A program made the position numbers and the translations under genes. From Penicillus capitatus (taxonomy: Eukaryota; Plantae; Chlorophyta), in the NCBI GenBank assembly GCA_965649825.1, contig OZ287698.1, positions 945,949-1,009,948 of the forward strand: a DNA stretch of 64,000 nt. The letters are read 5' to 3'. The notes below the pieces were generated by a model. The model was not told the DNA's origin and did not search any database. It was given only the letters and a program-made list of their open reading frames with translations. Positions 1-12,979 of the stretch are shown in pieces. The stretch's first letter is position 1, and the number at the start of each line of letters is the position of its first letter.

Positions 1-1117
1 TGCCAGTCCATACCCTACATGCCATTCTATCATCATGAAATCTCATACCCACATCAGCCCTACCGTAAACACACCAGCTATGCGTCAGAGACATCTGTGA
101 TCCATATCCTCTCAATGTCAAATGTAGCAACGCGCCCACTCCAAAGAGGTGAATGTAATACAGCAGTGCAGCTTTGCCAATCTACATCCGGATGAGATAT
201 CATGCTGGAACGGGAGAGGAGTGACATACGATCTTGTAGTCTCCATCCCAGTCTTCATCATCCTTATCGCTTTGTCTGCAATGCACAGCTTCATGACAGA
301 TGCAGGGTGAGATGATGAGCTGACTTATGATCTGTATACTCTCCTGCATTACTGCTTACGACGGTGATGAAGATCAGGGTCGTTGCAATCCAAAATGGTC
401 CGTAACTAGAAAAGGCATCTCCCTTGCGATGCTCTTTTTCAGCACACTTCTCACAGGTCAGGATTTTCGCGACAGTCTTCAACAAAGTCACGTTTGAATG
501 GCCCCTTCATGGCACTCAACAGCCTCGCCACAACTTCCTACCCACAGACATCCATCGACGACTCTCTCTTTTGAATACCAATCGACATTGACCACTTACC
601 TTGTCGTCCACATTGAAGTACCGATGGAACATTTTGAGTGACCACATGCTCTGTCTTTCACCCTGTTGTTCGTCTGAATCGGCGGCACCAAGGCCTTGAC
701 CGAATGTTGCATCTAGTATCTCTCACCCGTCTCGTCTGTCTGGGGTACTGGCGCCGTCCCGTCTGTCGGTTGAATCGTTCCCGTCGTAACAGGTGCCGCT
801 GTCGACTCTGTGAAGTCGAGGACGACCTCTTCCTTAGGCTCGAGCCGCGACGCCCCTTCCATTTTCGGCGTCACGGCTGGCACGACGTTCTCTTCCGTCA
901 CTTCCGGAATCGGAATCGATGTTGAAGGTTCTGCTGGAGGCGGTGGCGGTGGCGGCGCTGTCGTCTGCTGCAAGACTGGTGGAGGCGGTGGCTGGAAAGT
1001 GATTTCCGGTTCTTTGTCAAAATCTTCGTTGAATACGAGATCGCCTCCATCCTACACCGCACGGCGATCTATCCTCTGTCTCCCTTTATCGCGGCGCACT
1101 TTTTTCCCGCCAGACAT
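1..1117 (-). CDS. Yip1-domain Golgi membrane protein (YIPF1/2-like); 3' end runs off the left edge of the window
   Basis: Spliced minus-strand model: MSGGKK^DGGDLVFNEDF..., a Pro-rich region, then YFNVDDK^EVVARLLSAMKGPF...NPDL^YGPFWIATTLIF. The DLYGPFWIxTTLIF motif is typical of YIPF1/2. Introns are GT-AG, about 50-60 nt. Confidence 0.8.
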
Positions 1118-1217
1118 GATGTCGCTCAGTGTGGATGACGGAGGTCTGTCAACAAAGTGTACGACACCGTTCGCTCTCTAGCAGCAGTGCTTGTGGACGA
1201 CGGCGACGGCGACGATC

Positions 1218-3028
1218 ATGTTTGGCCGCGAAGCGACTCGACGCGTCGTTCTCGGACCGATTTCCCGCTATTCTTTCTTGACGCGATGGGAGACGTTCGT
1301 CACGACGACGCAGCCAACGCGACAGGACGCCATGACGGCGACGCCGAGTTGGGGGTCGCGCGGAGGAATCCTTTCCGTGCTTGGTTTCACGAACACGTCT
1401 GTGGGGACGGTGCCCATGACGGATCCCTTCCCTGGGACAGTCGAACCGCACCGCATCCCTCCATTTAAAGAACCCGCCAAAACGCAGTTGACGACGCTGG
1501 CCAATGGCTTCCGTGTGGCATCTGAAGACATTTGGGTCCGTCGCGAGGCATCTCCATCACGATCGACGTCTTTGTGTGTCCAGGGAGCGACGTCCGGAAT
1601 CGGACTCGCCGTCGCATCGGGAAGCCAGAATGAAAGCCAAACAACGTCAGGGGCTTCGCATTTTCTTGAGTACATGGCCTTTCGTGGGTCCCATCATCGC
1701 ACACACTTTCGCATCATGCAAGAGTTGAATGGTTATGGAGCGCATACAGCAGTGAGTGCATCGAGGGAGCAGATGTACTATTCCGTCGAGTGTCTCAAAT
1801 CGGATACAGCCGCCGCAGTGGAAGTGCTGTGCGATGCCGTGATGAATCCAAAATTCAATCCATGGGAAGTGGAAGAGGTGCAAGCATTGCTGAAATCGGA
1901 TCTCGACGAATTGAAGAAGAATCCTCAGTCTTCACTGGGAGAGCTTCTGATTGGAGCAGTGTATCAAGGCGGATTGGGTCGTCCCCTCATCGGCCCTGCG
2001 ATGGGCATCGATCGACTGAACGCCGAAGCGCTGCACGCTTTCCACGGAGAGCATTTTACACCAGAGCGTATGGTGCTGTCCGTGGCTGGCATGGATCATG
2101 ATACGCTGCTCAAAATCGCTGAACCCATTGCCGGAATTCTGCCAAGGGGAGGACCATACACGCCGCCACAGTCGATATATATGGGAGGAGAGATTAAGAA
2201 ACCGGAGGAGGATCCACTGTGCCATATTGTACTGGCATTCGATGTGGAGGTCCTGCAAAACCATTCAATATGGTGGAGCGACAGCTGATTTGACAGGGAG
2301 GATGGGAAGATGTGAAAGCAGCGTGCACGATGACGGTACTGATGTATTTGATGGGAGGCGGCGGCTCCTTCTCTTCAGGAGGTCCAGGCAAAGGCATGCA
2401 CTCCCGTCTCTACATAAACGTCCTGACGCGTTACGGCTGGGTACAGAACTTCACAGCTATTAACCAATCCTTTGACAAGAGGTCCGTCACATCACGTGAA
2501 CAACAGACAGGAGAGCGACGACGATGATGTGTGTGTGGACAGATGCTTGACAGGTGTCTATGGAGCTGTCCCACCGGAATGGGCACCAAAGCTTGTGGAT
2601 GTCATGACAGAAGAGCTCATCAGCCTGTCAAAGAGCATTAACAACGACGAACTCAATCGAGCCAAGAACGCCGCCATTGGCCAAGTGCCTCTCTTTTACC
2701 GTCTCTAGCAACAGGTCACTCACTCACTCTTTCTCCAGATCTTGATGACACTTGAGAGCCGTGCCGTTGCGGCAGAAGACATCGCACGACAGGTCCTTAC
2801 CTACGGCCACAGGTCTCCACGACATTCGGTTCGACCCATACGCCCTTTCGATCGGGGTTCTGCTGCAGGAAATCCCCTCAAGTGTTCATCGATGGATTAG
2901 AAAAAGTGACAAAGGAGGATCTCAAGGCAATGGTCTCGAACATGTTAAAGACGCCGCTGTCGATGGCATCGATGGGGAATATCTGGAATGTTCCACGCTA
3001 CCACGAGGTGGCTCGTCGTTTTAGCTGA
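1218..3028 (+). CDS. PMPCA: Mitochondrial-processing peptidase alpha subunit (M16 family)
   Basis: Motifs [24 protein letters not shown] (no HXXEH zinc site) and the Gly-rich loop [20 protein letters not shown]. Five short introns, the first at 1536-1583. Stop TGA at 3026-3028. Confidence 0.92.
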
Positions 3029-3199
3029 GACCCTGTCTCGAAGACAGATCCTTCGGCTGAGATTAACATTTTGTTGTTGGATCTTAACCGTCACAACGAC
3101 AGGACATCAACCGTCGCGTCGAGCCCGAGTCGCGTCCGTCTTCTTCACGCGTCTCCTCCAGCGTCTTTTGTTTGGAGCCTCGGTGCCGCGTCTCGAATC

Positions 3200-4137
3200 A
3201 TGGCTGGTGCCGCTGCGGCTATGGCCGTCTCACAGTCGCCCTTGATGGGCGGCGGCGAACAAGAAAACGTCTCCTTCTTTAAAAATCCCTGCGGCTGGTT
3301 TCGCAATTGGTTCTGCGCCAGTCCCTTAGATAACTGCACCGTTCTGGGCGTCGTCGTTGGCGGCATCATCTGCTTCATCGCCGCTTTTGGAGTAAGGCCA
3401 ATCATCCACGCATCGCTTCACTCTATCTATCCTGTTGGTTGTGACAGTTTCCAGAGTACATTGTTCCTATCGTTGGATTTGTCTGTCTGGCCATTGCTGG
3501 TGGACGTGTCACGTCTCTTCGCAATCTGGCTGCCGAAATCGATCGCTTTTCTAAAGAGAACGAACGCCTTGAGCAGACAGAAGCTCGTCTCGTTGGCGAA
3601 GTGGAATTCCTCGGAAAGAAGAAGAACGAACTGACAGGACATGTCGACAAACTCAAAGGAACGGTTGGCGAACTGCAGAACGTCAGCGAGGGATTGCAGA
3701 ACGAACTGGAGCAATTCCACAATCTCAAAGGTGCGACACGAGCCCATCATCAAAACGATCACTCATTGCTGATCGGTATAGGCAACATTGAAAAATTTGC
3801 TGCCGAGACGGGGGCGGATGTGAAGAAGATTTTGGGCGAAGCAAACAAGATTCACGCAAAGATGGAACGGATGACGAATCAGAACGAGAGGGCATTGCTT
3901 GGCAAAATGGCTCAAGATTTGGAGTTTTTGGACAAAGATGCCGGAATGCAAGAAGACGAATTCAACAACTTCTTTGCAAGAATGCCAACCCATCTCCAGA
4001 ATCGTTTCAAGGCAATGGGTCTAACCTTCGAGCGAGTTGCCGGAAACGATGGAGTGATCGATTTTATGGAGATCGAAGGCATGATCAACAAGCTGATGGC
4101 CGAAACAGAAGAAAAAATCGAGTCCATACACGTCTGA
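3200..4137 (+). CDS. Uncharacterised protein: two TM helices, coiled coil and C-terminal EF-hand-like motifs
   Basis: Splicing two GT-AG introns gives a continuous ORF: hydrophobic LGVVVGGIICFIAAFG^FPEYIVPIVGFVCLAIAGG, a heptad-rich segment, then DKDAGMQEDEF and GNDGVIDFMEIE. Confidence 0.7.
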
Positions 4138-4355
4138 CAAGAGATACCATCAACCCTCTCTGTTGCCATTCATCAAACATCGTCGACTTGATAACTACTC
4201 AATAACAAGAAAGCTTCTATGTTTTGCCATTGCTGTGTTTTCCTCTCTTCAAGAGATACAAGGAGGGTTTAGTGATGACATCGTGCCACGTCTGTTCTTT
4301 TTACGATTGATTGGTCCACCGATGATGATCCGTCTTGCGCTGTAAGAAGAGGGTT

Positions 4356-7300
4356 TTACTCGCTCTGCTCGTCCATCGCTGTGTCCGGGTTGTCGGTGGC
4401 AGAGGCGTGGGCTTCCCACTCGGTCGTCATTTGCCGAACAAGGACGTCCATTTCTTGCAGTCCTGGTATAGATGTCACATCGGCAGCATCGTGGATCGTC
4501 CGTGTGCATCTCCCGTATGCCTCGCCCTTGACCAGAGCGAGTTGAAAGGGACGTTCAGACCATTGCCGAAACACAGGTTGCATCTCATAGCAGTCTTGGA
4601 AGAGAGAGGCGGCGCCAAACACATACCAACCCAATCGAGCACGGGACGCCGCCACAATGAGGCGTCGGATGTCTCGGATGTGTCCAATAGCCCGTGTCCT
4701 CACAAGAGAGAGCAGCACAAAATCGTTCTGCTGTCCCTGATACTTATCCACTGTCGTGACCTAACACAACGCAGCCGCATCGATCAGATGTTCATCGAAG
4801 TGATAGGGGTGAGTGACCTTGTATGGTTTGCCGAAGGCTGGATGGGCGGCGCATCGTTTGTTCAGGACATCTCTCAGAAGATGCTTCTGTCCATTGTACG
4901 TCGTGAGAATGGTGATGCTGGATGGCGGATAGCCCAGCAGACGCATGAACTGATAGACACGGACAACGTATTCGGCCTCGGCGAGGTTCTGATAGAAGAA
5001 AGGGGTGGGTACCGATTCGCCAATACCAGTGGGATCGACCACATCGACCAGCTGATAGTCAAAAGCGAAGCCAGGATTTGCCTGAGCATGGAGGGCACTG
5101 TCTGTCACACAGGCAAGATTTCCCAGTCCATCATAGCGCCAGTTGAAGAGCCTTGCCAGCGATGGACGTGCACGGCCTTGAGCATCCAATTGGAGAAACG
5201 GCATACCAAGGCGGATGAATCGATGGAAAAGGGACTGGTCCATATGGCTGTATCTCTGAAAGGCTGGATGTTTGACAACGGGAGGCAACTGATGATGATC
5301 GCCGATGAGGACAATGCGTTGGAGATGACGACTGCCTTCACATGGCTGCAGTGTCCAGGGGAGAAACGTCTCGATCTCCAGGACCTGTCCACTCTCTTCC
5401 ATCAATACATTATCATAATGGAAACGCAGTTTCACAAATTCCTTTCGTTTGAGGGCAGCATGTGTGCATGTCATGGCGATGATCTTGGCCTGCTTTGTGA
5501 GGAGGTAATTCACCCGATCGTTCTGTGTCTTGAGCAATTCGAACGCTCGACACTCTTCCAATTCTTGAAACAGCGATCTGAGATGCCGGAAGCATCCCGT
5601 TGCCTTTTCCATGTCCTCCTCGAACGCATCTCCTTTGAAAATGGGCTGCTGAGGTGCCGACGAAAAGTATTCGGTAAAGGGAAAGTGTTCTTGCACACAG
5701 GCTGCTGTGCCCGTTGCGTGACACTGGGATGCAAACTTCTCCCATCTGGACAGAACATGAAGCATCCAGAAATGCCCTGCCGTTTCACAGGAGTACGCCA
5801 TATCTTCTGTGACATTCAGCTGACGGGCAAGCCGTTCCACATTCTTCAGGAGATCCAATCGACGCTGCAGCATGGCCTGAACGCGTCCTGTTCGACTAAA
5901 ATGTGATTCTGTATCCAGATCTTGCTCTCCCATTCCCAATCTCAACAGATAACGCGGCGGCACGTCTCTCTCCATCAGTTTCTGAAAGAGATCGTTGAGA
6001 GCGTGATTGGAGTGTGTGATGAGCAGGGTGCGTTGGTTCGGAAAGTTGTGGTACAACATGTGGAGTATCTGCACGGCCACATCTGTCTTGCCCGTTCCTG
6101 GCGGACCCACAACCATCGACAATCCCGGCTGCATTCCGGCGATCATGGCCTGACTCTGGACAGGTGTAAAGCGAACAGCATTCTGACGTGACGTGTCCTG
6201 AGCAAAGGGCCCAGGATCACATGGCGTGTAGGGCTCCACAGACAGCGTTCTCTTTTCTTCTGTCCCTACTCCAGGCAGCACAGAGAACGTGAGTTTGAGC
6301 GGAGGCACAATCTCTTTGCCGTCTGTTAGGATGACGTAATCTGGAAAGCTCTCTTCGATGTGTTGCCGGTCGAGGAAGGTGTCTTTCATGTCGAGCTCCA
6401 TCACGTTCTTTTCAGAAAGCTCTGTATAATGTGCAGCAGCTGGATGGCCATAACCAAGGAAGACATCTTGGAGCCAATCCATTTCCACAGAGCTCTCATT
6501 CATGACATCTCGCATACACTCCAACACCGACTTGAAATTGTTCTCCTTTGCTCTTCGACGCATGAGGAGAGAGAAGGACTGATAGAATGCCTCGCCTTGA
6601 GTCAGAGATGTGTCTTGATGGTACTGTGCGGTATCCAATGCCACCAACAATGTCCTGTTGAATCCAACTGGCTCACGGTATCCCCCAAAGGCAGATCTTC
6701 CTGTGAAGTCATTCATCAACTTGTCTTCCTCGTCTTTGATCTCCAGCACTTCGCATCCGCGTAGATGCGTCAGTCCATAGAGCTCTTTGGGATTGACATC
6801 GTCGTCGTCATCGCTTGGGTGTCGAGAGCTGTCTGGCTTCAGGGCCATCAGGAAGACGACGTCGTGCTGTTTGAGGGCATCCCATTCGGATTTGACGTCT
6901 GGACGCATCAGCTTGGTGGAAATGGTGATTTCTGCCTTGACAGCTGCAGGTTTATCGTATCCAATCTGCGGCTTCTGTACTTCGATGATCTTGAGACTGA
7001 CAATAGGCGAGGCCATGCGTGCCCATCCCTTAAAGATCACTTTTCCTTCGTCGTCCACTGCTCCGCCAACGCGACTCAGAACATCGCTCACATCTTCTTG
7101 GATCTCGTACGCAGCTTCCAATCGATAGAGCTCGAAGTTTCGCATCAAGTAATCGTGCAATGAGAGAAACTGCAGGTTGAGTTTGGGGATCGGCAGAGGC
7201 ACGTCGCCAGCGTCATCGACATTAGGAATCCTGTTCGTATCCCACAGCAGCTCTTCTGTCGGATACAGTGGCATGGCATTGATGGCCTCTCTCTGGAGGG

Positions 7301-8746
7301 AACGCCGCTCGTAATGACTGATCAGCATTTCCTTGAGGAATCCAGGACGATCTGTCCATGGAGCGTCGTCTGGTGAAACGAGCTTCAGTTGAGTGATCAC
7401 TAATTTTTGAAGCTCCTCGTGTTTCAAGTTATCTGCCAGCTTCGTCAGCGTTTCCCGTTTCTGCAACGTGGCACAGTCCATCATGGCATAGTCGTGTAGA
7501 ACATCGTCCCAGTAATGGAACATGAGTCTCTGGAACTGCGTCAGCTTTTCGTAGTGACGGTTTTGAAATTCTTCTTCGGTGAAAGGCTCGCCCGAATGTT
7601 CATCGATATTGAAATTGATATAGAATGCAAACAGATCCACCAACTGTCGAAAGAGGGATGCCCGCTCGCGACTGTACAGTCCATTCATTTTGCACTTGAC
7701 CACGATACCCCTCTCTTGCAGCAGAGCCTTGACAAATCTTCGGGTAGGCAGTTGACTCAACAGATCTGTCAGAAATTCGAGGCATCTCTGACAGAACACC
7801 TCTTCGAGGGGATCTATGGACGATGCATCACCATCCCCTTCGTTGTCGAATTCACTGAGCTTCGACAGAAAGAGGTCCATCAATCGAGGCAAGAAATTCT
7901 CTTCGTGTTGCGAAGCAGATTTCCCACCACTCTGTTCACTACTGGCTCTATTCTTGGCTTCTTTCCGCAGCAGTCGGTTCCATTTCTTCATCAGCGATGG
8001 TTGATCTCGCAACTCGAGCTGCACAATCATTACGATGGCGGGTGAGGCGAGAGTGAATGAATATACACGCACTTGGAGGCGTCCAGCTGAGAGGTGATGC
8101 CACAAAGGCAGCGAAACGAGTTTGAGAACGACATGACGAATCTTCTCACTCTCTAAGCTCTGGAAACAATGTGTGAGGAAAACCACATAGCTTGTCCTCT
8201 CCGATGCCGTGTGCTTCTCCATATTCAATGACAGGATTCGATCAAACAGTCCTGCAAACTTCTCCTAGATATGATGACGCAGGACACCGTCGTCTCCAGT
8301 GTCCATCTTCGTGACAAGACAGCACCTGGTCTTGTTGTAGATATGGCCATGGGTTGGTGCGTTCGTTGAGTTTTTGATTGACGAGCACGATAATGGAGAG
8401 AAGATGTTCTGGTGAGGCATCTTTGGCTGAGAAATTCGGCCAGAGGTATTTCTCCAGGTATTGTGAGATTTCCAACAGCGCCATGCGTCGCGGATTGGGC
8501 AGCTGGCCGCCCGTTCCTTTCAGCACCGAGCTGTAGATCTCTTCCACCAGCGCTGAAGAGAATGCTGCACAGGTCTCGCTGCCAGACCAATTCGCCGAAG
8601 CGACAGCCGTCAACGAATCCTCAGCGATCTGAGCACAAAACACTGAGAAACGAACACCGCATTGTCTCTGAGCGTACCTCGGTGACCGTGAGTCGCATCG
8701 TTCGCGACGTTCTCTGGCGCTTAGCTGCAGGCGTCGATTGCGACAT
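4356..8746 (-). CDS. AQR: Intron-binding spliceosomal RNA helicase Aquarius
   Basis: Motifs [31 protein letters not shown], Walker [29 protein letters not shown] and DKYQGQQND. Four introns join the ORF-track pieces. Confidence 0.96.
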
Positions 8747-8874
8747 ACTGATAACGAAGCCACCAGCCTTCGGTACGATCCGAAAAGTGACGTCCGATCT
8801 GCTGATTATATGCAATGCACAGATCGCGCGTGTTCGCCTGGCAAATTCGCGACTCGCTGAGACGATTTTTAGAG

Positions 8875-10212
8875 ATGAAGACGGAAGAGGTCTGCATTGT
8901 AGCAGCGACGCGAACGCCCATCGGCTGCTTCCAAGTACATGTGTGCGGGCAACACGCCATACTGACATCAGCCCTGGCGTCGTCAGGGAACGTTGTCGTC
9001 ATTGAGTGCGACCGAACTGGGATCCATAGCGATCCGAGGCGCTCTCCAGCAAAGCGGCGTGGATCCGAGTCACATCAACGAAGCTTTGATTGGCAATGTC
9101 ATGAGTGCCGGTCTCGGTCAGGTGAAGATCAAGCGATGGGACAGACATAAAGAAATGCTTACTGTTACACCAGGCTCCGGCTAAACAAGCCTGCTTGGGT
9201 GCAGGGATACCCGAAGGCGTCCCATGCACGGCCATCAACAAAGTTTGTGCCTCTGGGATGAAGGCGGCCATGATTGGAGCGCAGAGTATCATGATGGGGA
9301 TGCAGAAGGTTGTGTTGGTGGGCGGCATGGAGAGTATGTCGAATGTGCCTCATTATCTCCCTCATGTGCGAAGTGGACAGAAAATGGGTCACATCGAATG
9401 CCAGGATGGCATGATTGTGGACGGACTATGGGATCCCTATGAGCAACGACATATGGGTAACTTTGCAGAGAAATGTGCAGAGCACCATGGTCTGACACGC
9501 GAAGATCAGGACGCCTATGCCATTCGGTCTTTTGAGAGGGCACTGGCAGCTACGGAAGAAGTCACATCAGAGATCACGCAAGTCACAGTGCGCGATAGGA
9601 AGGGAAAGGAAACGACGGTCTCCAAAGATGAAGGGCTCCAGCGATTCAATCGGGAGAAGTTGACACAATTGCGTCCCTCTTTCCAGGAGCCAGGCACCGT
9701 TACGGCGGGCAACGCTTCGCAAGTCAAGTCGAGAAGCTGTCGAGAAGCTAAAGGGATGGACGATGCGTTTGTAGATATCGGATGGAGCAGCCGCCTTGAT
9801 TCTGTCGAGCAGATCTCAGGCAAAGAAGATGGGTTGGCCTGTTTTGGCCACCCTTGTGCAGATGGTGGATGCGTCTCAGCATCCTTCGTGGTTTACGACC
9901 ACGCCTTCTCTCGCCATTCGGTCTCTCCTAAACAAGTGTGAACTGGATATCGGGGCGATCGATCTGTTCGAAATCAACGAGGCGTTTTCGGTGGTCGCCT
10001 TGGCGAATCAGAAGATTCTGAGATTGGACGATGCCAAAGTCAATGTCCGGGGAGGGGCTGTGGCGATTGGGCATCCCTTGGGATGCAGCGGAGCCAGAAT
10101 CTTGGTCACCCTCATTCATACCTTGAAAGCACGAAAAGGCCTGTACGGAATCGCAGCCATCTGCAACGGAGGCGGTGGAGCCTCCGCTGTGCTTATCCAG
10201 AACGAACGCTAG
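8875..10212 (+). CDS. AACT: Acetyl-CoA C-acetyltransferase (biosynthetic thiolase, ERG10/AACT type)
   Basis: Motifs ATRTPIGCFQ^GTLSSL, CTAINKVCASGMKA (catalytic Cys), NEAFSVV, GHPLGCSG and ICNGGGGASA. Three introns. Confidence 0.95.
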
Positions 10213-10272
10213 AGGTGACTGTATGTGCACATTGTACGTATAACAAGCGCATAAGAGAGAACATCTTCGCTT

Positions 10273-11253
10273 TCATGTCGCGTGATCTTTCATTTCAAAT
10301 CTCCAGAAATCGACGTCGATGTCTTTACTTTCAGATCTGGACAGCTCGAATGACTCAGATGCAGAGAATGCACGAAGAGATGCTGCACCTATGGAAATTA
10401 TAGGAGGCGGGAAGATCGTATCTCAGTTGTGCGACGACTCTGGCGTGTTCTACCGAAGGACATCTGCACGAACATACATCGTTGCCGTATGAAGTCGATG
10501 GTGGCCCTTAGAGCTGTCATGTACATATGGACCGTCACCTGAAGGCGAATTTCTCGATGAAGGAGCGCGTGGAGGATTTGTGGAGAGAGTAGACAGATCT
10601 CTGGGCAATACGAAAGGCGGCGTCAAGAAAAAGGCGATCGGCGTTTTTCTTCTTTGTCCCAAAAGGAGGATTCATCACCACCACATCTGCTTGGAATCTT
10701 GTCCTCTCTCGAGCAAACATCGCCACATCGGCACAGACGAAGTCTGCATGCACAGCACCATGGTCTTATTCGTTCCGCGAAGTGAAACCACGACCGATGG
10801 GAAGCGATACATCAAAGCTATCGACATTTTCTTGAGCCGTTATGAGACATTGCGGGTCGATGTCCACCGCCATGACACAGGAACATCCCAACAAAGCGCA
10901 TCCGATACTTAACACCCCCTGCACAGCAACATCGTGGGGACGAGTCTTTATGGATACAGCAGATCTTCACCGTCCCGCATCCCAGGTCGACGATCGTCTG
11001 ATCTTCGAACGGCTCAAATGTTGTGTTCGCCTATCTCCATACGACCAACAAGCTTCACTTGAGATATACAGCATCCGAAGATCACTACCGTGTGCAGAAT
11101 ACGGGCTGCCAAGTGCGGAGGCGTGGGGTATTGCTCGTACTGTATAATGGGTTTGGCAAAGGATGCAAGGTCCTGTGAATACACAGACGATTCCGTTCGC
11201 TCTTTGGAGCTGCCCAGAACCTGGAGGTGCGATTCGAGGTCACGGAGACGCAT
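10273..11253 (-). CDS. METTL5: 18S rRNA N6-adenosine methyltransferase
   Basis: Sequence MRLRDLESHLQ^DLASFAKPIIQYEQYPTPPHLAARIL, then DLGCGT, NPPFG (m6A motif), VYSLHKSSTR and LRYDLPASYNFH. Confidence 0.9.
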
Positions 11254-12064
11254 GAAGGAGCTGTCACATCAAGCCGTGAAGTGAGGGTCAATAAACATGA
11301 CAGGTCCCTTGTCTTTTGTTCTCTGTGGCCAGTTTTCCGCCTTCACGTTTTCATTGCGTTCATGGATTTCTCAGAGCATAACAGCGGCGCTTTGTCATCC
11401 ATGCAGCACACGTGTCCCTATCACGTCACATCGACGACGCTCGATCAACTGGACTGCATGCGAAACCTTGCTGCCATGAATGCCCTGCCTTTTCAATTGA
11501 TGCCCCAAACGCCACTCCACAGCTACTGGCCACATCCAGCCTCATTACCCCAGACGCACGGCACGCCATTCATGCCAGGTGCGTCTCACTTTGGCATCCG
11601 GCAGAAACGCACGTAGACAGCAGGTTTTGCTCCATGGATTCCTCCATTGCCCAGTCCCTTCTTAATGGGCATCACCTGCGACGGCATTCCTGTAACAAAG
11701 GTATCATCCCATTCAGATATACATCGATCACAAAGATGATCTTTCTGATCGCCGTTTAGAGTAAGAAAACTTTGAAACAGACAACGTCTCTGTCCAAAAC
11801 CGCGAAGAAAACGCAGAAAAATAAAAAACAAGATACCGTATCATCTGCCACGTGTTGTTTTGGTCATGTCCCCTATGATGAAGCTACAAAATCCAGTTCA
11901 GATACCATAGATACGGTGCGTGCTGTCGATTTACGCCTCTCATATGGACCGACCGATCGTTGTGTGCTGATTAGGGAGAGTGTCCCAGTGTCTTCTCCGA
12001 CTTTCCCTCCATCGAAAACTCCAGTTCTGTTCAGTCAACAGATACAGGTATTCTGGGTGGCAGC

Positions 12065-12340
12065 ATGGACGATTCCTCTATGTTTTTGGAAGATTTTGAT
12101 CTGTTCTCGAGCGATTTTGAAGCATTTTTGAATGATCTCACATTCGAGAGCTTTGCTGAACCCGATAGTCTCCCTGCTACCTCCTCCGTTACTTTCATCC
12201 ACAGAAAGAACGTTCGGGTTCCACAACAAAAGAGAAGCGAAAGGAGAAGTCCTTCGAAGATAAACAAGAGAAAGAAGCAACAACAGCGACAGTTGAGTCC
12301 AGAGAGACTTGCATCTTTTTTGCGTTGTATTGGTGAGTAG
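12065..12340 (+). CDS. Possible first exon of an uncharacterised gene (acidic N-terminus, basic stretch)
   Basis: Protein-like composition (MDDSSMFLEDFDLFSSDFEAF...KRKKQQQ) ending at a GTGAGT donor. I could not resolve downstream exons, and a competing minus-strand ORF exists. Confidence 0.3.
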   Translation: MDDSSMFLEDFDLFSSDFEAFLNDLTFESFAEPDSLPATSSVTFIHRKNVRVPQQKRSERRSPSKINKRKKQQQRQLSPERLASFLRCIGE

Positions 12341-12979
12341 TCCGTCCGTCTTTTTGGACAGTTGGTGCTTTTGACACACGAGAAGAATGAACGGTCTCAT
12401 ACGTGTGAGGCCTTTTTGACGTTACACATCTTTCTGAGTTGGGCTTGAGCCCTTACTTTTCAAGTGCTCGTTTTCTATTCTTGACCGCAGCGCGTTCCGT
12501 GCTGTGCATCCCTCCTCCCCATATTTATATATTAATGCTGTCGTCTATCTGGAGACGTGCATGACTGGTGGAAGTTCGACGTATTAGTGCAAAACACGCC
12601 CTCTGCGCTTCCTTGTTAATGGATGGGTATGTTGATGTCTGGTTATTGGTTATTTGTTTAAGAAAATTCAGATTTGAAAGGGAATAGAGCAGCGATGCAC
12701 TCGTGTCGTCCAAGACGTCTCTGCGGATGATGCGATTTCGACCCAGCGTGTCATCGAGGCATGGGGGCGATTTGCGCGAAGAAATCGCACGTCAGCGATC
12801 CGGCGACGAAAGAGGACGAACGCATTGATGTTCAAGCAGCGAATACTGTTGCTACAAAAAACAGTTCCTCCTGCATTCATGGATATTCTGGATAACGCAA
12901 ACTGCACGTGCAGAGCGGCCAGTGGTGCCAGACAGGCACCCAAGCACACGCTCCCGGCGTCTGTCGCTTATCAACGCAG

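Noticed and set aside
4335-5906. 523-aa plus-strand ORF
   Set aside because: It is the antisense shadow of Aquarius, with no motifs of its own.
12035-12400. Minus-strand ORF with a TM-like segment
   Set aside because: It has no recognisable domain or consistent splice continuation, and it overlaps a more plausible plus-strand exon.
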